DNA from: Laetmonice hystrix
Taxonomy: Eukaryota
Reading direction: 5' to 3'
DNA: 64,000 nt
Assembly: GCA_965235115.1 (NCBI GenBank)
Contig: OZ249442.1
Coordinates: 17,484,001-17,548,000, forward strand
Numbering within the stretch: the stretch's first letter is position 1; each line of letters begins with the position of its first letter. A program made the translations under genes and the position numbers. Below, one piece after another: positions 27,001-37,765 of the stretch. Below the pieces are notes generated by a model. The model did not search any database. It worked only from the letters and a program-made list of their open reading frames with translations, and had not been told where the DNA came from.

Positions 27001-30000
27001 GCTGGCGTAGGTAACCGTTTCAGTCTGCACGACTGCCTTGGTTCCTGTAGAAAAACCCCCCAATTAATGAAATCCCTCTTACTCTGGCAACTCCTGACTC
27101 TGAATAACTGATTTCACTTGAGAACCGAGAGCAGTGCGCTACCAGAAACAAACGCAGACGACATCTAGCACGGTTCGCCCAATGAAATACGAGCGATTGT
27201 AATAAATGTTGAAAGGCAGAAGAATCACTAATAGGTGTAGCCGAAACGGACGCCTCAGATGTGATGACGAGTAAAAATGGGCGGCTGTCCGACAGAGAGG
27301 GATTAGAGGCTGGCCAGAATATGGTTTGAGCGAGCACCTAGCCTGTCAATCACTCCAATAGCACCTGTCCTTGACAACAAGCGCCCACAACCCCTGAAAA
27401 TGTTTTGACACTGAGTAACATTTAAGGATGATTCTCTGTTACTTCAATCATAGGACCGTCAAAAAACGCCTGACAAGATTGCCTGTCCCCAAAGTTCTTT
27501 TTATTTACCGATCTTTTTTTAAATTCTAATAGAAAGTTAAAGAGTGTATCTAAAATGTCAGAGGCCAGGGGATCAGGATGGCAAGGGGAACAAATATGCT
27601 GACATGGCGCTTTGCGAAATGCAATGTTTGCCATTGCTTTGGGCTGGTATATTTTGACACATGTCCACATGAAGGGGGGGGGGGGGTCCTCCATTGGTTT
27701 TTACTCATCCCGAATGTTTAGGCTGATGGCTGGGGACCAAGAGATGGGTGGCCAAGCTGGCTTAAGTCAAGTTCAATCTGTTTGACAACTGCAGACTGCA
27801 TCCCATCACAAGCTAATGTTAGGATGGTCAAGCTCAGGGATGACTCTGACCACAGACATAACCAGTTACTTCCAACTGCCCCCAGCTGTCTACCAGATCT
27901 GTCCCGCCCTTATTACTGTGGCCAGCCTTACTTTCTTGCCAGTAGATGAAATGGATGAAGGGGAAAAGGGAGAAGAGGAGCTGTGCAACTTTTGTGTGTC
28001 GACACGAAGTTGAGCCATCTGGTCCGTTACAAGTACGCAGTCTCGGTACGGAAGATGTCTTGCAGGCCATGGCCGTCCATCCTCAGGCCTCCTGTATATT
28101 TAGAATAGACAGATGTCAGCAGTTTCTGTCTACATGGACATGTTGTATATTAGACGGCGCAATGTTTGAGATTACACGCGGGAGTATCGTCTGTAGGACG
28201 TACAGACACGATGGCATCAGCCTTTCCTCCCTACCCCATCCCTCACTGTCCTCTAGATATATACCGCTACATCATCAACAACCAAATCTACCACCCCCAC
28301 CCCAACTACCCTACCTACCCAACTCCCCGGGAATCATACATCGTGCTTTTCATTACCAGATAACAGAACTGGGCTCAGAATATACACAAGAACGAAATCC
28401 CCCACAGACCACGCCGATGAACGTTACATCTATTTCGAGTAAGCGCCGCCGTTTATTATGCCGAGCGCTCGGCCATGTCCTGCGTTTCGAGGCCTTATGA
28501 CGACCCATGTCTTGCATATCACCGGGCGCACCCCCGCCACCCGGCTACATTTCCGCTGCAGTGCTGTATAAATAAAATATTAATCAGAGCCCATCCGTGG
28601 CTCCATGTCGGCAGTGTTCCGGCCACCTCCCAACATCATTGCGCTCCCATTCGCTCATTTTTCTTCATACGTCTTACCCCCCGACACACCCCCTTAAACA
28701 AGTCGCCAAAGCTGCGCGGCTTCCAAAACGTCTCAAAATGTCATGAGATGCAAGCCGGTATGGATCCCCCCGGATCATCCGCACATCGACCCCGATCACG
28801 ACATCTGCCCTTGCTGACGTTTATTGCCCATGGAGACCTGGCCGCCACGAGTCGCCCCATCAGTATCTGTCATAAGCTTATGAACCCACACCATCCATCC
28901 CCCTCTCTCCTCAACGCCTTAATAGCGAGAGGATGATGGCAGGTTGAAGGTTGACCTACCAGTGCTCTCTCTTTAACATCCACGTGGTATGATGACGGGA
29001 GAGGATAATGAATAATGATAATGGTTATGATGATGATGCTAGCACCACGTGGACAGGTTGAGGGGTCGGGGTCGGAAGATCAAGTGGGTCTTTGCTGGAC
29101 AATGTTGGTGTCAATGGCCCAGTTGCTGTCAAGGCACCCCATGAAGGGTCAAGTTTGGATCAAAGAAGGAGGGGGTGGGCAAGCAAGTCTTTGCTAGGTT
29201 CCGCCTCCAGCTGTTAAAGTGACAAACCAGTCAGCTTCCTATCTCACTTTGTTATCTGGTGGTAGTTATCTGTATCCTCCCTCCCACACGCCCATAGATA
29301 CCACAATATCTACAGGGTATCTACAGTCTAATGAAACTAGTCCTGTCTCTCTGGTTTTGAACTATGATTTATTACAGATCTAAATTGGTCAGAAAATGAA
29401 AAAAAATGACCAGAATTCATGTTGGTGGTTTCTATAGAGAAGGTCAACTGTTGAATTTCATTCTGCAGCATATTGCCAACCAGAACGTCATATATCTAAA
29501 GCAACATAATGTTGTCTTACTTTGAGAGTGTTTTATTGCCCAGTTCTTCCACCCACACTTAAAAATCACGGTACCGCCTTCTGCTGTCGGGGCAGGCAAG
29601 AGAGAGAGATGGAGAGGAAAAAACGGTTTTGATTTTGGTGCCGTCTGTGAGGGCGGGCATGTTATTGATAGGTTCACATGTTTCGTCCATTGTCGATCAA
29701 TGCAATGTCCACTCAAGCCTTGACATGTTGATCACACTCCAACCTCTCCACTGCCGACCAGTATGTCCAGTTCAATAACACTTGTCAACTTGGGAGGTCT
29801 GTGCTTATTTTTCCATTTCCGACACTCGGTTGAACCTCTAAAGGCTGGGGCACATCAGTCGACACTAAAACTGTGTGAATGGGAGAGGAAAGCTCCGGCG
29901 CCAGTTATGATTCATCACAGCCAGGCCCCTACTTTGACAGTGACGGTACATCCAACATCAATAAATTTTCCAGGGAGTGGTCAAGACGTGAAGTTTGGGC

Positions 30001-33000
30001 GGCCCTGCCCATCATGTTGCTGTGGCCTGAGGATCAATACTTGATCATACAGGCCTGTGGCAAAAACCTGTGATCCGAAAACGGCTTCAGATTCTCACCA
30101 CCTTACAGACCCGCTCCCCTCCACCCCACAGTTATGAATTACCAGCCAAGCTCGATGGTGCAAAGCTTGCAGTTTGACCCCTTTTGACCTTGGGATTCAG
30201 CACTTATGACCTTGGGAGAGTGGAGGTTGACCTTGCCGAGTTGAAGGCACTCATCCGGTGCTCGATGCCAAGTATCAGCCCGCCTCGCAGCGCACCTCGC
30301 GATAATTCACTATAAACACCAGATTTCCACATATCTTATTTCTCGCCCAATTTATGGCTGTTTATGCGACGTAAGAGGGTGTAAAAAAGCGGCGGCTGCT
30401 GTTAGTGCGTTATCAGAGAATTCTGAAAGACAGAGTTTATCGGTCGTGGCAGCGGTTGGCTGGCGGGTGGTCGCCATGGCAGCGCGCGTCTTCCGCTAGC
30501 CGCCATTTGTGGAGCTAACCCTCGTGTATTATAACCATATTGTCCAACAGAGCCACCCAAAGCACCCCCGCCAAAGTCTCTGCCACCCTCGATACACCCC
30601 CCCCCCCCTTGCCCTATTGATACGCACAAATTCATACCCATATTGACCCCACTTTTGGACCACCCAGGCACCACTCACAAATCAAACGGGCAGCGACAGC
30701 CACAGAAAAAGCCGTCGCTCGGACGAGTGCCTATAAGGGCAAGCCGCTGGTGCCAACACGGCAGACAGGTTAAAGTGATTCCGGCATCATTCCTTGCCTC
30801 CTCCTGCTTGCCGGTCCATCATCGTTTTTATGAAGTATGGCCTCCCAACACAAGAGGGCAGTCTGTCGGGCCGACCTCCTGTCACGGAGGTCAAGTGCTC
30901 AGCGTCCCGGAGGCCACTCAGCCGACCCCAACGTGGTTTGACCACGCCGTCATTTGACATTCATAACAGGGTAGTGACATGACAATCAGGCAGATTTCCT
31001 TCGACCTGACTGACCTCCCACCCCTCAACCAAACCCTCTCAGTCCCTCTCCACACCAACACCCACTGAAAGGGAATCAATATAATAACCATATCCTGGAT
31101 GAGCTTACGGCGGCTCAGTGCTCTCTTACAGACCACACTGAGCAATGCAAGCTCTGAAATATGCAATTTCCTCCATAAAATGGCGAAGGAATCAGGGAGA
31201 TAAAGGGAGGGAAGTGTTATCCTAGTGGTGCTCCGCCGGTGGGAAAACTCGGCTTGGTCGGATTTGTGTTACTTTGGGTTGGGTCTGGGCCTCGTCCTCA
31301 CCTCCGCCACCCAGGGACTCAGCGCCCTCCGACCAAATTGATTTGATATCAATTATGACAGGGTCGGAGTGGAGGAAAGACCGACCAACCCTGGCTTTGG
31401 GAGGACCTGAGACCTCCACATTGTTGGCTTCAGTCCTCAGGGTCAGAGCGGGACAGCTGGGTCGCTGACCAGTGGTCAGTCTAAGGACCTTGGTCATATC
31501 CTGCTGTCATAAACACACTGGCCACTCGCCTTCATCTGTCTGCCCCAGCCTGCCCAGCCTATCAAATCTCTGCCCAGCCTTACATTCCTTCTACACGTGG
31601 TCATTTCCTCATCATCCCCATCCCTGGCATAGCTGTCCCTTCCTTCATATCCTGCCAACAGATTCTCAGCATCCTCATCAACATTCCTACAGGTATTATC
31701 TCTGATATCTAGATCAGATATACGTTAATGAATGGCTTAGCGTCGTTTGTTGTTGGTGTTGGAAATGATGATAATGATAATGATTATGATGACGTTGTTC
31801 TTGCTGCTGCTTCCCTTATTAACACAACCTATAAACCTGACACCTCCCCCCCCCACCAGTAAAACCGTCTGGTTCCGAGAAGTTCCGAGAAAACGATATA
31901 TGGGTGGTACTCTCTCAGTCCTGTCATAGTTAGCACTGTTCACAGAGAACCTCTCTCCCAACAGGTCTCCATCCATCCCACACGGCCTGGCGCCATCTAC
32001 CGGTCACACCTCCGAGCCCCGAGGCCCACCTCCAGGCGCTCACCCTGTTCCCTAATGACCAGATGACACCCAGCAGGTTTGCACCTCGTTCCCTAATGAC
32101 CAGGCGACAATCTGGCATATTGGCAAGCATGCTTGGTGCCATTGTCCAATCATCCAGCCAATTCAGCAGCGCCCTGCCGGCCTCACTGGCTCCCCTGTCC
32201 CTCTCTACCTGGTCACCGCCAATGTCCAGCCTTTCAGGGCTTTCCATAATTTGGCTTATTTCTGCCGGTGTTCTCTGCTCGTCATAACTACATTTCCCCC
32301 CGAGTCACCACTCGCCACACACGCGCGAGACGCGTTCAACCAATCCATTTTTCTACTTATTTCACGCTGGCAGCCTCCTTGTTAAAGTAACGATGGTCGC
32401 GGCCGACACTCTGACAATATTAGTTCCATACATCCGATTTTCGTGCCATTATAACCGCATTGCCATATTTGACCACATGCTCTCCAGTGTCAGTCCTCAA
32501 TCATTTTTCCGCTGATTTGATTGCCATGCCTCTACCTGCAGCAATAACAATATTGACCCTGGTGTCACCGGGAGAACACCCTTGCCCTCCGCCGCACCAA
32601 TCATAACAACCCCCCGGTCCCCTTCCTCAACCCCCCCCCCCTTCCACACCCCGACCCCGACCCAGCATCCACTTACAATCCGCCCTGACCCCCCACTTTA
32701 TGGATTAATACACACTCAATCCATACCTTTCAATAATCCCGCCAATTTTTCTTCATCATAGTCATATTTGTCAGAGAGGCCAGGTGCTCTGATCCATTAG
32801 ACTCTACTTACGTCTGAGAGCTGTGAGACTTGACCGCTGAAGTCAGTCAAGTCGGCCCCGATCACATGCAGTAAGTCGCCACCTCGCGTATCACTGAACC
32901 ACGATCTGCCAACCTACATTTCCTTACATGGAAGTAGACCGACCTGCCAAACGCTTTATCAGTCTACTCCCAGATATCCTGCCTCCAGCCCCTGGTTAGC

Positions 33001-33622
33001 AATATCTAATCTCTTCCCCACACTTCATCAGCACATTACTTTTTAACCTATCTTTTTCCCCCTCAGATTTGTGCAAAAAGCAGACATGTTATTCTTGTTC
33101 TAATTGGTGCCAAAGATTCAGTCTGAAATTTATGTTTTTCTCCTTGCTGCTAGTGAAACTGCCGCTGCTGGGGTAGGTGACCTGAGGTCATCTCTCTAAT
33201 GACCCAGTAGGTCCTTGCTGCCAGGGGGCGTCTCACAGGTGTCTAAACAGATAGTGGCAGGACCCTGTCTGTCGGCCAGAGGGTCGGTTCTTCCCCGCCC
33301 CCACAACCCCTCCATCCCCCATAGTTTTTATTTTTTTAAATATTTGTATTTCCCTCTGAGACGCCACTGACCGGGGGAGGCCCCAGCTGGGCAGGAGACA
33401 ACATTGCTCACCCCAGAGACGGGAAGGTCACGGAGAGAAGGAGCGGGGAGAAGGGGGTGGGGGGGGGGGGGTGTCATTGCAGGACATCCCTGTCATTGCC
33501 ATCCGTGCTTGAAACCCTGCCAGCTGACCGATGGGCAGGCACGAGACTTGACCAGTGTCCACCATTAACGCCAAGGTGATCCTGGAAAACTGCCTGTCTG
33601 AGGTGGAGCGCTGCATCGGAAC

Positions 33623-34066
33623 ATGTCAGTGGTACCATCTCCACACTGATGTCAGTGGCACCATCTCGGTGCAACCAGGTCTGTGCCAGCTACTACCATG
33701 TCAGTCATACCATCTCAACAACTGATGTCAGTGGCACCATCTCGGTGCAACCAGGTCTGCGCCACGTCAGGGCTACTACCATGTCAGTCATACCATCTCA
33801 ACAACTGATGTCAGTGGCACCATCTCGGTGCAACCAGGTCTGCGCCACGTCAGGGCTACTACCATGTCAGTCGTACCATCTCCACACTGATGTCAGTGGC
33901 ACCATCTCGGTGCAACCAGGTCTGCGCCACGTCAGGGCTACTATACCATGTCAGTCGTACCATCTCAACAACTGATGTCAGTGGCACCATCTCGGTGCAA
34001 CCAGGTCTGTGCCACGTCAGGGCTACTACCATGTCAGTCGTACCATCTCAACAACTGATGTCAGTG
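33623..34066. repeat. Minisatellite, ~83-bp unit x5.3, with an internal sub-repeat
   Basis: Unit starts at 33623, 33698, 33781, 33864, 33948 and 34031. Each unit is atgtcagtc(a/g)taccatctc(aacaa/caca)ctg plus atgtcagtggcaccatctcggtgcaaccaggtctg(c/t)gccacgtcagggctactacc; the first copy is a shortened variant. Confidence 0.95.
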
Positions 34067-34844
34067 CCAGAACTTCCATCTAACACCAACCTCTCCATTT
34101 CACTCTGCCGACATTAAAGCTGGCAGGGTTACCCACACTCTCAGCCTGTCTCTACAACAACTTATGACTAATATTGGAACCCGACCCATCTGATCCAGAC
34201 CCCCCCCCCCCCACAACTCCACCCCCACCCCTCCCGTCCATTGATTTGTTTCTACTTGATTCATATCTGGGGTTGTGAAGCCGCAGCCCCTTTTACCACC
34301 GTCACCAATGACACTTTGCGCGAGCTCGCCAACCAACCAGCCCAGCTGGTTCTAGTCCTACCGCCCGGGCTCCATTTTCTACATATCTCACGTTCCCACT
34401 AACATAAATCTATGAGCTCTTTGTCCAAGGGATCCGCCCCATGTCCATGCTTCAAGTTCAAACTCATGGTCCATTTCAAGCCGACCTACTCCCCAACTTA
34501 TACCCTGTTGGTCGGGCTGGCTGGCGGGTGGGCGGGCGGTGGTTGCCCTAAAATGTACATCAATCTTAAAATCCCATTAGCCGTGATCAGCCACAAGTTT
34601 CCATGACAACACTTGGCCACATGTTTCATGCCATCGCCTGTCAGTACTCCTCGACTTTCATGACACCGTCCAGAAAAATCTGATTCGCTGCCAATTTTAT
34701 TTCAATACCAAACATGGCGGTATTTTGGTTGTGGCTGCATGTGTTTAAACTGTCACCTCGGTGTATTGTGACTTGATAGGGCTCAGCTCCCTCTAACGGA
34801 TCATCGCCCCCGCCTCGTTTGTGACCTCGACATTGGGGTTGGGA

Positions 34845-34990
34845 GATCTGACCCTAGTGGGGCTGAGAGAGGGACAGGGGGGGGGGATCAGACCCTACTG
34901 GGGCTGAGTGAGGGACAGGGGGATCAGACCCTATACTGGGACTGAGAGAGGGACAGCGGGATCAGACCCTACTGAGGCTGAGACAAGGGG
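34845..34990. repeat. Diverged tandem repeat, ~36-41-bp unit x4
   Basis: gatcagaccctactggggctgagagagggacagggg-like units at 34845, 34886, 34922 and 34960. Confidence 0.88.
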
Positions 34991-36009
34991 TTCAGATCCA
35001 ACCTAGTCCGGCCTCCACACACTCCACGTACTCCACGTCACAGTGCTGAGTCGGTCTCCTTGAAAGAAATCAATCAATTGAAGATATCTTTTTTCAGGCC
35101 ACACCGCCAGCCGTACCAGCCGTTTTCTTACACAACCTTTGTGGGTCAAGTATTGTGAGGTACCCCCCCCCCTCCCAACCTCCTACAAACAAAAATGGAA
35201 TCCTTTCGCTTGCCATACCCATGTATTTCAATCGATGTTTCAGATAAAATCTTGTGCAATATGTACAAATAGAATTATTTATTCTCATTCCGGGATATTG
35301 TCCGATGGGCGTAATTTTCTCCACCACAAGGAATGTGCCCTATCCCCCTAGATTTCACTTAGGAAGTTCTCACGATGACATAGGTAGTCATGATCACCTA
35401 TCCTTTACTCAATGACGTAAACTTACATGTTTTCTACCTCATGTTTATACATTATTTGTCCCACGTTTTGTACACACCTGACCAGTTCACCTTCAGTCCG
35501 GTCGGGGGGTGGGGGGTCCCACTTTGCACTTTACCTGCCTCTAACCAATTATCAAGGTGTACCGTTCCAGTGAGGTTACCGCCTCAGGTCTATTTTTCAA
35601 AGCTTCTCCCGCCGGCCTTGGCATACACCAACACCGTTACGATTTCAACCTGCTAACGTGTCCATGTCGTTGTGGGTGTTGAAGGTGTTACACATTGACA
35701 GAACATCCACCCAGAAACCACCGTCCGACTAGCACTACGGCTCGCCGGCAGCAGGCATGAATGCCTCGTTTTCTGGCTGAACTACCAATCAGGCTGAAGG
35801 GCTGTCAAAGCCTCTTAACAAGCTAACAAAATAGCCGGCCACGACTTTTACTATTTCTGCACAGCACTGGACTTCCTGCTTCATCCCTGAGGCCTCCCCT
35901 AGCCCCGTCCGGGGCCCCTAATGGAATTTGCATGGAATAATCTTATTCGCCTTTCTCATCTACTTTTGACAAAATTATTTTTCGCACCCCTAATTGACTT
36001 TTCACTTCC

Positions 36010-36083
36010 CCTTTGATGGGAGCAATTTGGAATAATTTTAGTTAATATGTGCGAAATGGCATGCTTGTTGGTGGCCTTTGATG
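36010..36083. promoter_or_regulatory. Candidate direct pair of TCF/LEF sites ~0.6 kb into the intron after the sall exon
   Basis: CCTTTGATG at 36010..36018 and 36075..36083. Motif match only. Confidence 0.33.
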
Positions 36084-36674
36084 AGCTTGCCTTTCAGCTC
36101 ATCATTATCAGCACATCTCGAGTGGAAAAAATAATGCTAAAAATCAAATCAGCATCATCGGAAGGACTTGTGTCAGAAAGTTACAAATCAGGTGAACAGG
36201 CAGATGGGCGAATGTGTCATGACAACCGAGTGCTTCCGCCTCGTTCTGAGCCCTGATTGGCTGAACACTGGAGACGTGGGTGCCGTGGGCAAAAATCACA
36301 GATCGGCACTGAAGTACTACGAACACAGCCATGGGCTGTCCACATCGGTTTACATATACGTACAGGTAGCCAGTGGACAGGTGCCAAGTAGTTCCTGCCC
36401 AGACAACGCACTCCACGGGCCTAACCTGTCATCTTCTATCAAACCTCAGCTATGGACCGAAGACGCTTGTGTCTCGTTTTAACAACCATTGTCAAATTCA
36501 CCAACATACAACATTACGATATGAAAGATTTCATCAGAGATTTGATCTGAGAAATCTTAATTCACCTGGTGGTCATTATAAGAATCTTCTATTATTGGCA
36601 ATATCTTGGAACAGACGCTCCTTCATATCACCGAAGTAACTGTGCCCGTCTAGATCTATGATGACAAAAACATG

Positions 36675-36683
36675 ACTGACCTT
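36675..36683 (-). other. 5' splice donor of the sall exon
   Basis: Minus strand AAG|GTCAGT, one mismatch from AG|GTRAGT. The frame closes 17 codons later if unspliced. Confidence 0.75.
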
Positions 36684-37727
36684 TTGGGAAGAAGTTGGGG
36701 AACCTTGGCGCCTCAGGCATGGTGCTCGGCACAGACTTGCTGGCTGGCGGGTGTTCGAATGATGACGTCACTGATGGCGTCGTCGCCGACGTTCGCGGAC
36801 AACTTGACGCGGGATTCGACTCGCCTGTGGCGACTGGGTCGCGAGTTTTCGGCTCGTTCTGTGACGTTGTTGACATTGTGGCGCTTGACGTGGTGGTGGG
36901 TTGGGTGACGTGGGAGGGCGCGGGGGCCGCCGGTATTGGGGTAGTCAAGGGCAGAGTGAACTGCCCGGCACCCTGAGCCTCCAGTGACGCCATGGATGGG
37001 GCCATGCCGGACATCAGCTGGTGTTGCAGCTGCTGCAGCAGCTGGAGCTGCAGGATCTGCTGCTGATGCAAGGAAAACAACATTGTCTGAAGTGTCGCCA
37101 CGTCAGCGTTGGGCGGCAAATTCGCTAAGTTGTTCTCAGCAAACTGCGCCATGGCCACTTTGGTTCCCTCCAAAGTGGCCAGTTTGACGTTAGAGTCTGG
37201 GATGATGGGCATGGCATTGAATGGAAACGGTAGTGTGTGAGGTAGTTCTGGCTTCAACAGGGGTGTATGGCTATCTTTGGTGTTGTGGTCCTTTGGAGGC
37301 TTGATGTCTACATCCATTGGTTCTTCTAAATCATCCAGGGAGCCGTCGTCATCGAGATCGGCGGCCGACACCGAACAGCCATCGGGCTCATTCGATCCAA
37401 TGTCACTTTTGCTATCTGGAAAGTCGGATTTTTCCAATGGCATGGTGCCAAGTTCAATGTCCTCCGCTCCGGACTCAGCTGCCTTCTCCTCGTCACCTTC
37501 AAAATGACCTTCGATATAATCACCGTTCAACAGTGGCTTAGGAGATGCAGCGTCATCGTGGTTCTGCGACTTGTCGTCCTCGTCGTAGAGAACGACGATT
37601 CGCTTACGACTACAGTTTTTCTTGTGAGTTAAGAATGCGGAAAGATCGAAGAATTCTGCTCGGCACTTGCCGCAGACGTGGGCGTCGCCGATGTTGGTTG
37701 GAGAGGCGGGAGACCGTGGCTGTGTCC
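36681..37727 (-). CDS. sall: Internal coding exon (probably exon 2) of a Spalt-like/SALL zinc-finger transcription factor; 1047 nt, phase 1 / phase 1
   Basis: Lies within ORF 36628..37749(-). Cx2Cx12Hx3C finger DAHVCGKCRAEFFDLSAFLTHKKNC (~37686..37612) closely resembles the N-terminal C2HC finger of SALL1 as I recall it ([25 protein letters not shown]). SNVKLATLEGTKVAMAQF (37194..37141) matches the SALL TKVAVAQF motif, and LHQQQILQLQLLQQLQHQL (~37092..37012) matches the SALL Q-rich helix. The exon is bounded by a pyrimidine-rich acceptor (...ttgttttgtcgtgttgcag|GG) and a donor (AAG|gtcagt), and its length is a multiple of 3. Not verified by database search. Confidence 0.93.
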
Positions 37728-37765
37728 CTGCAACACGACAAAACAACACACATCAGGAAAACGTA
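37728..37765 (-). other. 3' splice acceptor of the sall exon
   Basis: Minus strand reads ttttcctgatgtgtgttgttttgtcgtgttgcag|GGACACAG: a T-rich tract ending in CAG, 18 codons upstream of the first zinc-finger Cys. The ORF-track start (MLFCRVA) is intron sequence. Confidence 0.85.

Noticed and set aside
19313-30319. Identical 14-mer TTCACTATAAACAC at 19313 and 30306
   Set aside because: On the order of ten or more identical 14-mer pairs are expected by chance in 64 kb, so this is not evidence of a dispersed element.
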